DNA from: an uncultured bacterium
GTDB taxonomy: Bacteria > T1Sed10-126 > CAYPTI01
Direction of reading: 5' to 3'
Assembly (NCBI GenBank): GCA_964413525.1
Contig: CAYPTI010000003.1
Span: 1-38,269, forward strand
Length of the DNA: 38,269 nt
The notes under the pieces are model-generated. The model saw nothing but the letters and a program-made list of their open reading frames with translations. It ran no database searches and was not told the DNA's origin. Position 1 is the stretch's first letter. Every line of letters begins with the position of its first letter. This document shows positions 1 through 9,772 of this stretch, piece after piece. Both the position numbers and the translations under genes were made by a program.

Positions 1-553
1 AGCGGCTCGCGCCGGCGGCCAGTTCCGTGAGCTGATCGGGATCCGGATCCGGCAGGACCGCCGGATCGGTAAACAACAATCGACCGTCGATCCCGAATTC
101 GGATTCCGCCACTTCCATCACGAAGCTGCTGGAGACCACGGAGGACTCCGGTCGGGTCCCGATCATCTTCAGGGCCGAACGCAGCACCGATGCGGTCGGG
201 TTGGAGGCTCCGGCAACCATCCCCTTCACCGTCTTCAGGGCGACCAGTCCCGCCCCGAAGAACAGCGGATCACGAATTTGTTGTTCCGCTTCTGAAAGAT
301 TCAGGGATCCCTCCCGGTTGGCCAGTCGGTGAGCCAGTTCATCCCGATCCGGGTACGACCCCGGCTCCAGAACCCGGATTCCTTCCTCCTCAACCGCCGG
401 GGAGGTATCGAGCAGAACCACCTCGTCCGCCACGTTCTCGCGGACCAGCCGGCGGGCGGCCTTCACGATCCGTTCATCCGATCCCTCGGGCATCACCAGG
501 TTTCCCGATCGGTCCCGGGCCCTCCGGATCATTTCGGACGGGAAGTCATCCAT
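1..553 (-). CDS. pta: phosphate acetyl/butyryl-transferase (PTA_PTB family), N-terminal part; gene runs off the window start
   Basis: Not in the ORF track because no stop lies inside the window. My own minus-strand translation from ATG (551-553) is open to position 1: MDDFPSEMIRRARDRSGNLVMPEGSDERIVKAARRLV...VKGMVAGASNPTASVLRSALKMIGTRPESSVVSSSFVMEV...LFTDPAVLPDPDPDQLTELAAGAS. The pattern vlPEG-x-deR, GA..T...lR.aL, vSS.F.M matches the Pta/Ptb family as I remember it. Confidence 0.7.
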   Translation of the reverse strand, partial: MDDFPSEMIRRARDRSGNLVMPEGSDERIVKAARRLVRENVADEVVLLDTSPAVEEEGIRVLEPGSYPDRDELAHRLANREGSLNLSEAEQQIRDPLFFGAGLVALKTVKGMVAGASNPTASVLRSALKMIGTRPESSVVSSSFVMEVAESEFGIDGRLLFTDPAVLPDPDPDQLTELAAGASR

Positions 554-585
554 GGCCGACGCTTCGTTCAACGTACCGTATGGTA

Positions 586-1068
586 TTAATCGTCCTGGAC
601 CGTTTCCATCAGGGCCTCTTCCACGGGCCTCGGCACCAGGGAACTGATGTCCCCTCCGAGCCTCGCCACTTCCTTCACGATGGAACTACTGACAAAACTG
701 TGCTGTTCCCCGGTCATCATGTAAACCGTTTCGATGTTCTGGTTCAACCGCTTGTTCATGAGCGACATCTGGAACTCGTATTCAAAGTCGGAAAGGGCCC
801 TCAACCCCCGAAGTATGACGTTGGCCCCCATCGATTCCACGTAGTCAACCAGCAGCCCGTCGAAATGACCGACGCTTACCTTCTCCAGGGGATCCACCGT
901 TTTGTGGAGCAGCTCAACACGCCGTTCCACCGAGAACAGGGGATCCTTGTTGGGGTTATCCACCACGGCCACGTGAATCTGATCAAAAATAGCGTGGGCC
1001 CGTCGAATCATGTCCAGGTGCCCGTTAGTAATCGGATCCAGCGTTCCGGGGTAGACGGCGAGAGTCAT
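586..1068 (-). CDS. coaD: phosphopantetheine adenylyltransferase
   Basis: 160-aa ORF. N-terminal AVYPGTLDPITNGHLDMIRRA carries the nucleotidyltransferase T/HxGH motif; size and the rest (SVERR, ISSSIVKEV) are typical of CoaD. Confidence 0.9.
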   Translation of the reverse strand: MTLAVYPGTLDPITNGHLDMIRRAHAIFDQIHVAVVDNPNKDPLFSVERRVELLHKTVDPLEKVSVGHFDGLLVDYVESMGANVILRGLRALSDFEYEFQMSLMNKRLNQNIETVYMMTGEQHSFVSSSIVKEVARLGGDISSLVPRPVEEALMETVQDD

Positions 1069-1083
1069 GGGATCAGGAACCCG

Positions 1084-1941
1084 TTACCCGGACTGTCGGC
1101 CCATGGCTTGATTCTGCAGGGCCTCGATCCGGTCCTCAACGGGCGGGTGGGTGCTAAAAATACTGAAGAACGTCTTTTTGGCCGAGAGCGGGTTGACGAT
1201 AAACATGTGGGCCGTGTTCTCGCTGGCTCGCTGCATCGGGTGTCGTTCGTTGGTCGAATGAAGTTTTTCAAGCGCCCTGGCCAGGCTCATGGGTTTGCCG
1301 CACAGGTTCCCCCCCGAGGAATCGGCCTTAAACTCCCGGGATCGGGAAATCGCCGCCTTGACCACCGTGGCGATAAGGGGAGTAACGATTCCCATGATCA
1401 GGAGAACGAAAATGTTGTTCCTCCCCCCGCCCCGTCCGCCAAAGATGGCTCCCCAGCGGGCCACCATTCCAAGCAGCGCGATCGCCCCGGCCAGCGTGGC
1501 CGCAATGGCGCTGATCAGGGTATCCCGGTTCATCACGTGGCTCAGTTCGTGAGCCAGAACTCCTTCCAGTTCATCCTCGTCAAGCAGGTCCAGAATTCCC
1601 CGGGTCACACCGATGGCCGCGTTCTCCGGATTCCGACCGGTCGCGAACGCGTTCGGAGTCTCGTCGGGAACCAGGTAGACCTTCGGTTTGGGGATGTTGG
1701 CCTGCTGGGCCAGCCGTTCAACGATCCGGTGGATCCGTGGATTCTCCTGTTTGGACACTTCCTCGGCCCCCATCTGGGAAAGCACGATCCGGTCGGAGAA
1801 CCAGTACATGCCGAAGTTCATCACCGCGGCGACCACCAGGGCCCCCACGGCACCGTACGGACCGGCGAACACATAGCCGAACCCGATCAACAAGCCGGTC
1901 AGGGCTCCAAGCAAAAGGGTGGTTTTGATGGTGTTGGACAT
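1084..1941 (-). CDS. htpX: M48-family zinc protease HtpX
   Basis: ORF 1084..1974 has several TM segments and HELSHVMNRD (HExxH). I moved the start to ATG 1939-1941 (MSNTIKTT...), which has AAGGAGG 7 nt upstream. Confidence 0.85.
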   Translation of the reverse strand: MSNTIKTTLLLGALTGLLIGFGYVFAGPYGAVGALVVAAVMNFGMYWFSDRIVLSQMGAEEVSKQENPRIHRIVERLAQQANIPKPKVYLVPDETPNAFATGRNPENAAIGVTRGILDLLDEDELEGVLAHELSHVMNRDTLISAIAATLAGAIALLGMVARWGAIFGGRGGGRNNIFVLLIMGIVTPLIATVVKAAISRSREFKADSSGGNLCGKPMSLARALEKLHSTNERHPMQRASENTAHMFIVNPLSAKKTFFSIFSTHPPVEDRIEALQNQAMGRQSG

Positions 1942-2150
1942 CCCGTTACCTCCTTGCCCTTCCAGTGCTTCCAACCGAGAAGTTTACCACAGATCGAAGG
2001 TCGGTTCTATGCTGTAAGCCCGGTACACGTCCCCGACCCCCGGATCCCCGGTTGACCTCCCCCCGAAGAGGGACCTACCTCCCGGAAGGGATTTGAACGA
2101 GCCGAAGGACCGACCGGAGAGTCACGAACGACGGTACAGGAAAAAAAGGA

Positions 2151-2645
2151 TCACGGGACCCACCCGAGCCCGGACGCAAGAAGAAACACCGCCTGGCTGT
2201 ACACCCCGGCGATCAGATCATCCAGGGTGACAGACCAACCTCCGAATCGTCCCTCCACCCAGCGGATGGGAGGAGGCTTAAGAACGTCAAACAACCGGAA
2301 CAGGCCGAACAGGAGCGCGAATCCCGTCCAGGGAAACCCGGCGTTCCCGGGCCACAACATGAGCGGGATCAGCGCCAGCCCGAGGCCGGCAAATTCGTCC
2401 CAGACCACCTGCGGGGGATCGGTGGTTTGAAGCTGTCGTTCCGCTTCGGCGCAGAGCGGAAACGACACGAGAACCACCGCAAACACCAACAGCCCGAACG
2501 CCCGGCCGGGACCGAAGAGATGGAACAAGAGTCCGTACAGCCCAAGGGCCCCGAGGCTTCCCCAGGTCCCGGGCATCCGGGGCAACCGGCCCAACCCCCC
2601 CAGTTCGGCGGCGACCATCACCGCCCGCCGGCGATCAATCCACAC
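2151..2645 (-). CDS. pgpA: phosphatidylglycerophosphatase A
   Basis: LPRMPGTWGSLGAL, VWDEFAG, LFDVLKPPP and DDLIAGVYS match the PgpA family. The GTG start overlaps the pgsA stop by 11 nt; ATG at 2618 is an alternative start. Confidence 0.8.
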   Translation of the reverse strand: MWIDRRRAVMVAAELGGLGRLPRMPGTWGSLGALGLYGLLFHLFGPGRAFGLLVFAVVLVSFPLCAEAERQLQTTDPPQVVWDEFAGLGLALIPLMLWPGNAGFPWTGFALLFGLFRLFDVLKPPPIRWVEGRFGGWSVTLDDLIAGVYSQAVFLLASGLGWVP

Positions 2646-3222
2646 GTGTGGAGCGACGAAGGATTGGCCAGTTGTAATAGTAGTACTCGACGCCGCTGTA
2701 GACCGTTATTCCAAGGATCAGGTACATCAGGGCCCAGGAAACCCCCTCAAACCACATGGTTCCTATCCAGTCCATGTGGAGGAAGGCCAGGGTGAGGAGG
2801 ACCAGTCCGATCCCTCCCATCTGAACGGCCGTCTTGTATTTGCCGGAGGTGGCCGCCTCCAGCACCACCCCGCGGTTCACGGCCAGGGTTCGGAGGCTGT
2901 TCACCGAGAGTTCCCGGATAATCAGGAGGCAAACCAACCAGGCCGGCCAGGCAATTTCCGGAATCCGCACAAAAAAAACGAAGGCAATCAGCGTGAGGAC
3001 CTTGTCGGCCAGGGGATCCATGAACCGACCAAAATCGCTTTCCATCCCGTATCGACGGGCCAGAACCCCGTCCAGGAGGTCGGTGAACGCCGCACAGGCA
3101 AACAACCCCAGCGCGACCAGGACCCAGGCGGCGGAGTCGTACCGGAACAGGCTGCCCAGAAACCCCGCCGCCAGCAAAAAACGCAGGAGCGTAAGGCGGT
3201 TGGGCAGGCCGATCGAACCCAT
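2635..3222 (-). CDS. pgsA: CDP-diacylglycerol--glycerol-3-phosphate 3-phosphatidyltransferase
   Basis: DLLDGVLARRYGMESDFGRFMDPLADK is the CDP-alcohol phosphatidyltransferase motif (D-G-x2-A-R-x8-G-x3-D-x3-D). Multiple TM segments; AAGGAG precedes the ATG. Confidence 0.85.
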   Translation of the reverse strand: MGSIGLPNRLTLLRFLLAAGFLGSLFRYDSAAWVLVALGLFACAAFTDLLDGVLARRYGMESDFGRFMDPLADKVLTLIAFVFFVRIPEIAWPAWLVCLLIIRELSVNSLRTLAVNRGVVLEAATSGKYKTAVQMGGIGLVLLTLAFLHMDWIGTMWFEGVSWALMYLILGITVYSGVEYYYYNWPILRRSTRVD

Positions 3223-3274
3223 GGGAAGACTCCTTATTCGAAGGGGTGAGAAAAAACGATCCGCCTGAGTGGAC

Positions 3275-4006
3275 TTATTCCTCCGACTCGGACAACTGGC
3301 GGAGTTCCGCTTCCCCGTCGTCCAAATTGATCACCACGTCGACCACCTCGCCGGATTCCCCGAGAGAGGGAAGTTCCCGGCCCCGGTGGAACAACCGGAG
3401 TCCGCCGGCGTTACCCACCCGAAGAAGCAGGGTCTCCTCCGCCCTCCAGGTGGTGGTCTGGTCTGCGTGGAGCATCTGTTGCTGGCGCTCGTACCCATCG
3501 TAGGTGATTAGAAGCCACGTCCGTTCCACCGCCTGAACGTCGATCACCAGTTCCTCGACCGCTTCGGCCGTCTTCGCGTTGGTTTCCTCGACAGCCCGGG
3601 TGTCCGGGACGGCCGGCTGATTGAGCTCCCGGGCTCGCTCCGGAGTGACCCATCCGAACCGAAGCAAAATAACCACAATCGCGAGCCCGAGGACGAGGAT
3701 CATCGCCCCCCAGTAGAGAAGCAGGACGGACAGCCGGCGTTCCGAATCCTCCGGTTCCTTCTCCGGTTCCTCCTCCGGTCGGGAGGAATCGTAGGCTTCG
3801 ATAACCTGGTTGCCGTCCACCTCAAGCATCCTGCAGTACGTGCGTAAAAAGCCGCGGACGTACACCTCAGCGGGGAGTTGTTCGTATTCCTCGTTTTCGA
3901 GCGCCGTCAGGTACCGTTTGGCGATGTTTGTTTCGTCGGCGACATCTTCGATACTCAGCCCCTGTTCCTCGCGTTTCGTCCGAAGGTAATCGCCGACGCT
4001 ATCCAT
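3275..4006 (-). CDS. rodZ: RodZ-like protein (N-terminal HTH, one TM, C-terminal beta-rich domain)
   Basis: HTH segment LSIEDVADETNIAKRYLTALENEEYEQLPAEVYVRGFLRTY, acidic linker, TM LLLYWGAMILVLGLAIVVILL. The ORF track starts at 4057; I prefer ATG 4004-4006 (MDSVGDYL), preceded by GGAGAG, because the upstream 17 codons overlap the preceding gene. Confidence 0.65.
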   Translation of the reverse strand: MDSVGDYLRTKREEQGLSIEDVADETNIAKRYLTALENEEYEQLPAEVYVRGFLRTYCRMLEVDGNQVIEAYDSSRPEEEPEKEPEDSERRLSVLLLYWGAMILVLGLAIVVILLRFGWVTPERARELNQPAVPDTRAVEETNAKTAEAVEELVIDVQAVERTWLLITYDGYERQQQMLHADQTTTWRAEETLLLRVGNAGGLRLFHRGRELPSLGESGEVVDVVINLDDGEAELRQLSESEE

Positions 4007-4682
4007 CTGTCTCTCCCTGCAAAACCTCCGGCTCGACCTCATACAGCGCCTGTTCAAGATTCCGGGGCAGCCGTTCGTTCACCGTCCAATCGGTGCGAAC
4101 CAGTTTCAGCGAACGTCCGTTGGTAAACGTGGCCCTGACCGGCCGGAACGGGTCCCGTTCTACCTCAACGGAGACCGTTCCCCGCATTGATCGCCAGGGG
4201 GACAGATCCACCGTAAGGTCGAAGCGTTCCTGTTCCTCCGTCACGGTGACCTCATCGGGCCATTCCTCCTGATCCATGAGAACCAGAACCAGCCCCAGCA
4301 CCGGGACGCTCCCGGCCAGTTGCTCCTGAAAATTCTCGTCTTCGACGTCCCCTTTTCGGTAGACGTTCAGGTGGGGAAAAGCAAGCGCCACGACGTCGTC
4401 CCGGTGAATGACGATCTGTTCCCGCCCGTCGGCATACCGCACCCACTGAATCATTTCCTCGGGATACCGGTAGGCGAACTCCACCACGAACGAATCTTCG
4501 GCATCGTCCACCCGAACCGTCTCCGCCCGGGCATACAGCGTCCGGGTCTCCCGAAGAAATTGTTCCGCTTCCGAACGGAAGGCGTCCTCCGCCTCGTTCG
4601 CCCGAACCTCGGGCACCAGGGACACCGAACCGATCAACATCATGATAATCAGACCGGGAATCAACAGGCGGTGTCGGCTCAC
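3999..4682 (-). CDS. secreted hypothetical protein, possibly LolA-fold
   Basis: Signal-peptide-like N-terminus MSRHRLLIPGLIIMMLIGSVSLVPEVRA. The GTG start overlaps the ftsK stop (GTGA). It sits immediately downstream of ftsK, as lolA does in E. coli. The fold assignment is inference only. Confidence 0.6.
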   Translation of the reverse strand: MSRHRLLIPGLIIMMLIGSVSLVPEVRANEAEDAFRSEAEQFLRETRTLYARAETVRVDDAEDSFVVEFAYRYPEEMIQWVRYADGREQIVIHRDDVVALAFPHLNVYRKGDVEDENFQEQLAGSVPVLGLVLVLMDQEEWPDEVTVTEEQERFDLTVDLSPWRSMRGTVSVEVERDPFRPVRATFTNGRSLKLVRTDWTVNERLPRNLEQALYEVEPEVLQGETDG

Positions 4683-7108
4683 GAGGCATCACTGTCCAGG
4701 TCGTCCTGAGAGACGAGAACTTCCCGTGCCTTGCTCCCCCGATGTGGCCCAACAATACCTTCCTCTTCCATCATGTCCAGCATACGAGCGGCCCGGTTGT
4801 ACCCGACCCGAAACTGCCGCTGGATCATGGAGGCTGAGCCCTTGTCCTCTCGAACCACGAGTTGCTTGGCCTGTTCGTAGTATTCGTCGTTGAAATCTTC
4901 CTCCACGAGCGGGGTGGTTGAGGATTGGAACAGGTCGTCCTCGTCAACGTAGGAAGGACGCAGCTGCTCCTTGACAAACCGGATCAGATCCTTGGTCTCC
5001 TCGTCCTTCACGAAGGCTCCCTGGGCCCTGCGCGGCTGCGGAGCATCGGAGGAAAAATACAGCAGGTCTCCATCCCCCAGCAACGTTTCCGCCCCGTTCT
5101 GACCGAGGATCACCCGGCTGTCCGTCCCGCTGGAAACGCGGAAGGCAATCCGGGCCGGCATGTTGGCCTTGATAATCCCCGTTATCACGTCGGTGGACGG
5201 TCGCTGCGTGGCCAGAACCATGTGAATGCCGACTGCCCGGGCCATCTGAGCCAGCCGCTGGATGGATTGCTCGCACTCCTTCGGATTCGTAAACATGAGG
5301 TCCGCCAGTTCGTCCACGATCACGACCAGGTAAGGCATCCGATCCTCCGAGGCTCGATCCTCGTTATAAGAACGGATGTCCCGTTTTCCGGCCTCGGACA
5401 GGACCTTGTACCGGCGCTCCATCTCCTCCACCGCCCACTTCAGCACCTTGGTGGCGTCGGACGGATCGTCGATCACGGGGGTCATCAGGTGAGGGAGACC
5501 GTCGTACAGCTTTAATTCGACTCGCTTCGGATCCACCATGATCATCTTCAATTCCCACGGATCGTGCTGAAACAGCAGGCTGGAAATAATTCCGTTCAAA
5601 CAAACGCTCTTGCCGCTCCCGGTGGCCCCCGCGACCAGCAGGTGAGGCAGGTCGGCGAGGTTCACGACCAGAGGCTCACCCAGAACCGACAACCCAAGGC
5701 CAAGGGACAGCCCATCGTTCTTCGTCTGGAATGCTTCCGTGCCGAGAACGTCCCGCAGCGTCACCAGGGCCCGGTCGGGGTTTGGTACCTCGATGCCGAC
5801 GGCTGATTTGCCGGGAATCGGTGATACAATCCGAACCGATTCCACCGCCAGCGACAGCTTGATGTCGTCCGCCCGGCTCTCGATCTTCTTCACCGAGACC
5901 CCCGGCCCAGGTTCAACCTCATAGGTGGTTAAGACCGGACCGGGGTTCACCCGAACCACCCGGGCGTCAATGTTGAATTCATCGAAGGTTTCCTCGAGTT
6001 TGTCGGAAAGAGTCTGCAGCCTATCGTCGGACGGTTGAGCCTCGTCCAGGTTCCCCGGAGTCAGAATGTCCAGAAACGGCATATCGTAGGCCGAGGGATC
6101 GACGTCGTCGACCTCCGGCCGGCTGTGTTTTACCTCCACCGGTTCCGGGTCCCCCCGGGAGGTATCGATCAATTCCGCCTGCTGTGACGATCCATCCTCC
6201 ACGGGCGTCCGGGACGATTCGGAGGTCCCGTCCGACGGTCCAGATCCGGAGGCGACGGGTTCTTCTTCCCCGGAGGATTCGTTTTCTCCGAGGGCGGGAC
6301 CGGATGTCTCCGATGGCTCGGCTCCGTTCGACTCAACGTCCGGGGGAGCGGTCCCCCCGGCGGGCTGATTTCCCCGGGGTTCCTCCGGGGAAACAGACGA
6401 TGTTCTCACGTTCCCCGACGGACTTGAGGAGCGATTCGTGGGTTCGGTTTCCTCACCGTTGGACGGACGCACGATGCTCGGGCCGGAACCGACCCAGGAA
6501 GGGAACCACGAGGACGGGATGGTCTCGGCGAGCCATTCACGAGCGGTTCCCGAGGCGTCGAAGGTCCGGGACCCCGCCGTTAAAAGCCAGTCCCCGGCGA
6601 CGGCGAGCCAACGGCCAGCCAGCAGGAAGGTTTCCCGGATGTGATTGCCCACCCGGTAGCTCAACCCCAGCAGAAGAAAGAAGGAAAAGATCAACGCGGC
6701 GCCGACGACCCCGACTACGGGTTCAACCCGATCCAGCAGGTACCCTCCCACGATGCCACCCGAGAGAACCCGTACCTGTCCAAGCAGAGCGGTCCCCGAC
6801 AGCAGGACCACCAGCCAGCTCCCCAGGACTCGCCATTGAACCATGTCGTCCCGGTCGAGAAAGCATTGTCCCGAACAGACCAACAGAGCCAGAACCACCA
6901 CGGGAGACATCCATCCCAATCCCGTCCAGAGGTAATAGGCCAGGTGAGAACCCAGGGTACCTCCCCAGTTGCTCACAACCCCGGAGGCAGAAGAAGGAGG
7001 ATCAAGCGGGGTATGGGTGGCGAGGCTCAACCCCACGTACAGTCCGAGGAACAGAAACAAAAGTCCAAGAAGTACGTTCCTGCGGTCACCGCTAGGCATC
7101 AAGTCCAC
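4679..7108 (-). CDS. ftsK: DNA translocase FtsK
   Basis: N-terminal TM region, long acidic Ser/Pro/Glu linker, motor domain with Walker A LLVAGATGSGKSVCLN and Walker B VVIVDELADLM. C-terminal gamma winged helix SASMIQRQFRVGYNRAARMLDMMEEEGIVGP. Confidence 0.95.
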   Translation of the reverse strand: MDLMPSGDRRNVLLGLLFLFLGLYVGLSLATHTPLDPPSSASGVVSNWGGTLGSHLAYYLWTGLGWMSPVVVLALLVCSGQCFLDRDDMVQWRVLGSWLVVLLSGTALLGQVRVLSGGIVGGYLLDRVEPVVGVVGAALIFSFFLLLGLSYRVGNHIRETFLLAGRWLAVAGDWLLTAGSRTFDASGTAREWLAETIPSSWFPSWVGSGPSIVRPSNGEETEPTNRSSSPSGNVRTSSVSPEEPRGNQPAGGTAPPDVESNGAEPSETSGPALGENESSGEEEPVASGSGPSDGTSESSRTPVEDGSSQQAELIDTSRGDPEPVEVKHSRPEVDDVDPSAYDMPFLDILTPGNLDEAQPSDDRLQTLSDKLEETFDEFNIDARVVRVNPGPVLTTYEVEPGPGVSVKKIESRADDIKLSLAVESVRIVSPIPGKSAVGIEVPNPDRALVTLRDVLGTEAFQTKNDGLSLGLGLSVLGEPLVVNLADLPHLLVAGATGSGKSVCLNGIISSLLFQHDPWELKMIMVDPKRVELKLYDGLPHLMTPVIDDPSDATKVLKWAVEEMERRYKVLSEAGKRDIRSYNEDRASEDRMPYLVVIVDELADLMFTNPKECEQSIQRLAQMARAVGIHMVLATQRPSTDVITGIIKANMPARIAFRVSSGTDSRVILGQNGAETLLGDGDLLYFSSDAPQPRRAQGAFVKDEETKDLIRFVKEQLRPSYVDEDDLFQSSTTPLVEEDFNDEYYEQAKQLVVREDKGSASMIQRQFRVGYNRAARMLDMMEEEGIVGPHRGSKAREVLVSQDDLDSDAS

Positions 7109-7219
7109 CTCGCGAACCCGCTGAGCTGGTCCTGCCCCCGATTTGGGCGATGTCAGTCTCGACGGACTCCGGCCAACCCCGGAAACCGGGGATCGGACGG
7201 GAGTTCCCTCCCGGAAGGC

Positions 7220-9355
7220 CTAGCGTCCGTTGCTCGAAGACCCGGACTGGGACTTCTGCTCCTTGTCGGCCTCGCGTTTGCTCAACTCAATGCCCTTTTT
7301 GCCGATCCCGGTGCACTTGACCCGGACGGTGTCCCCTTCCTCAAGCACGTCCGTTGTCTCGTTGACGTGATGGTCGGCCAGCTCCGAAATGTGGACCAGT
7401 CCCTCCTGGCCGGGCAACACTTCCACGAAGGCCCCAAAGTCGGTGGTGCTCACGACCTGGCCCTCGTAGATTTCTCCCACTTCGACCTCCCGGGTGAAGT
7501 CCTCGACCCGCTTGCGGGCTTCGTCGGCCGATTCCTCGTCTTCGGCGCCGATAAAGACGGTGCCGTCGTCCTCAACGTCGACGTTGGCACCCGTCTCGTC
7601 GGTAATGGACCGGATGTTCTTGCCACCCGGCCCGATGAGGTTCCGGATCTTGTCCTGGGGAATCTGAAGCGTGAACAGGCGTGGGGCGTACTCGGACAGT
7701 TTTTCGCGAGGTTCGGTGAGATGCTGGTCCATGGTGTCCAATATCTCCATCCGGGCGTTACGTGCCCGTTCCAGGGATTCCTCAAGGATGTCCCGGCTGA
7801 CTCCCTCGATCTTGATGTCCATCTGAAGGGATGTAACGCCCTCCCGGGAGCCGGCCACCTTGAAGTCCATGTCGCCCAGGTGATCCTCGTCTCCGAGGAT
7901 GTCCGTGAGAATGCGGTAGTCATCGTCCTTCGTGACCAACCCCATTCCCACCCCGGCCACGGCCCGATCGACGGGAACCCCGGCGTCCATCAGGGCCAGG
8001 GAGCCGGCGCAGACGGTGGCCATGGAACTGGAACCGTTGGATTCAAGAATTTCCGACACGGCTCGAATCGTGTAGGCAAACTCCTTCTCGTCGGGAAGCA
8101 CCGGACGCAAAGCACTTTCGGCCATCAGTCCGTGACCGATCTCCCGACGACCCGGTCCCGAGGGTCGGCGCACTTCGCCGACGCTGTACGGGGGGAAGTT
8201 GTAGTGGAGCATGAACCGTTTTTCGCTTTCCTCATAGATGTTGTCGATTCGCTGCGTCTCGGAGGGGGTTCCCAGGGTCACGGTGGAGAGCGACTGGGTT
8301 TCTCCCCTTGTGAACAGACTTGAACCATGGGTTCGGGGGAGATCGCCCACGTCAATGCTGATCGGACGAATTTCATCCAGCCCCCGGCCGTCGATCCGTT
8401 TGCCCTCCTGCAGAATGCCCTCCCGGACAATCTCCTTCTCCAGCTTGTCGAACGCCCGGTCGAAGGAGCGCTCGTAGACCGCCTGCCGTTCCGGGTCCTC
8501 CTCCCCTTCGAGTCGGTCGGAAAAACGCTCCCGCATCTCGTCCTTGACGGCTGACTTGGCGTCCGCCCGCTCGGGTTTGGACGGAATGTACAGGGCCTCC
8601 TCCATCGGTTCCCGGGCGGCCGACTTGACCTCGTCCTCAAACGCCTCGTCGTATTCCGGTTGGACAAACGGGGTTTGGTCCTTCTGGCACTGCTGGATCA
8701 GGGCGTCCTGCAGATCGATGACGTCCTGAATTTCCTCAAAGGCGAGGTCCATGGCGTCCAGCAATAGTTCTTCCGGCAGTTCGTTGGCGGAAGCCTCCAC
8801 CATGTTGATGTTATCCCGAGTTCCGGCAACCACGAGGTCGAGTTCTCCCTGTTCGATTTCCTCATGGGTGGGATTGACCAAAAACCGGTCGTCTTTGCGG
8901 CCGATCCGAACGGCTCCCAGCGGTCCCTGGAAGGGGATGTCCGCGATCATGAGGGAGGCCGACGCACCGACGATGGAAAGAATGTCCGGAAGATGCTCCA
9001 CGTCGGCACTGAGCACGGTTGAGAAGACCTGCACCTCGTCGTCGTACTCCTCCGGAAACATCGGCCGGATCGGGCGATCGGTCAGGCGTGCGAAGACCCG
9101 TTCCAGATCGCTCGGAGCCCCCTCCCGCTTGAAGAATCCCCCGGGAATTTTCCCCGCCGCGTAGGACATTTCCTCGTACACGACTGTCAGGGGGAAAAAC
9201 GGCAGGTTTTTTTCGTCGGGTTCCGAACAGGCCGTCGTCAGCACCACCGTGTCCCCGTATTCAACCTTTACGGCTCCCTCGGCCTGACGGGCGAGTTTCC
9301 CCGTACTCAGCCGTAATTCGTCTCCACCGATATTTAATTTCCCTGAAAACTCCAT
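7220..9355 (-). CDS. pnp: polyribonucleotide nucleotidyltransferase (PNPase)
   Basis: Two RNase PH-like halves, KH (GPGGKNIRSI) and S1 (GQVVSTTDFGAFVEV...GLVHISEL). Start set at ATG 9353-9355 (MEFSGKLNIGG) with GGAGG upstream; the ORF track's 9403 start adds 16 atypical residues. Ends in TAG. Confidence 0.93.
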   Translation of the reverse strand: MEFSGKLNIGGDELRLSTGKLARQAEGAVKVEYGDTVVLTTACSEPDEKNLPFFPLTVVYEEMSYAAGKIPGGFFKREGAPSDLERVFARLTDRPIRPMFPEEYDDEVQVFSTVLSADVEHLPDILSIVGASASLMIADIPFQGPLGAVRIGRKDDRFLVNPTHEEIEQGELDLVVAGTRDNINMVEASANELPEELLLDAMDLAFEEIQDVIDLQDALIQQCQKDQTPFVQPEYDEAFEDEVKSAAREPMEEALYIPSKPERADAKSAVKDEMRERFSDRLEGEEDPERQAVYERSFDRAFDKLEKEIVREGILQEGKRIDGRGLDEIRPISIDVGDLPRTHGSSLFTRGETQSLSTVTLGTPSETQRIDNIYEESEKRFMLHYNFPPYSVGEVRRPSGPGRREIGHGLMAESALRPVLPDEKEFAYTIRAVSEILESNGSSSMATVCAGSLALMDAGVPVDRAVAGVGMGLVTKDDDYRILTDILGDEDHLGDMDFKVAGSREGVTSLQMDIKIEGVSRDILEESLERARNARMEILDTMDQHLTEPREKLSEYAPRLFTLQIPQDKIRNLIGPGGKNIRSITDETGANVDVEDDGTVFIGAEDEESADEARKRVEDFTREVEVGEIYEGQVVSTTDFGAFVEVLPGQEGLVHISELADHHVNETTDVLEEGDTVRVKCTGIGKKGIELSKREADKEQKSQSGSSSNGR

Positions 9356-9386
9356 GCGTACAGAAACAACCTCCAGTTGGTTTCGG

Positions 9387-9413
9387 TTGGACCGCTTCAA
9401 CAAAGCGGTCCAA
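9387..9413 (-). promoter_or_regulatory. stem-loop in the rpsO-pnp intergenic region
   Basis: TTGGACCGC / GCGGTCCAA form a 9-bp perfect stem with a 9-nt loop, lying between the rpsO stop and the pnp start. In E. coli the rpsO-pnp spacer carries a terminator or RNase III-processed hairpin; equivalence here is inferred. No U-run follows. Confidence 0.4.
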
Positions 9414-9444
9414 TCGAGAAAGTAAGGTGATTGGTGCTCGGGCG

Positions 9445-9708
9445 CTACAGGTCCAGTCGGTCAACAAGCTCAGCGTACAGGTCGTAATTCCGGTCACGAA
9501 GGTAATCAAGCTGCCGGTTCCGTTTTCCAACCAGGGTGCGCAGACCTCGCCGGCAGGAGTGATCCTTGGGATGCTCACGGAGGTGGTCGGTCAGTTCGTC
9601 GATTCGTTCCGACAGTCGAACGACCTGCGACACCGCCGATCCCGTATCTTCCTCGTGCAGCCGTAAGTCTTCCAGTGTGTCCTCGTACTCCACGCTCGCT
9701 TCGCTCAT
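9445..9708 (-). CDS. rpsO: 30S ribosomal protein S15
   Basis: 87 aa. HEEDTGSAVSQVVRLSERIDELTDHLREHPKDHSCRRGLRTLVGKRNRQLDYL matches the S15 core (H..DTGS..vQva.Lt.RI..Lt.Hl..h.KDhhsrRGLl..vg.Rr.lL.YL). Confidence 0.92.
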   Translation of the reverse strand: MSEASVEYEDTLEDLRLHEEDTGSAVSQVVRLSERIDELTDHLREHPKDHSCRRGLRTLVGKRNRQLDYLRDRNYDLYAELVDRLDL

Positions 9709-9772
9709 TCACAATCACCTCCCAGTGTATGGAATAACCCCATTAATATATCAAACCTCAGGAGAAACACCA

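Noticed and set aside
190-2055. Very long ORFs opposite to core genes. Examples: 190..2055 +, 6641..8323 +, 13551..14585 +, 14748..15806 +, 20508..21521 +, 27056..28168 -, 29293..30282 +, 30413..31411 +, 32694..33608 -.
   Set aside because: Each lies antisense to a gene with unambiguous family motifs. Their translations are Arg/Pro/Gly-rich low-complexity sequence, typical of stop-poor shadow frames in GC-rich DNA.
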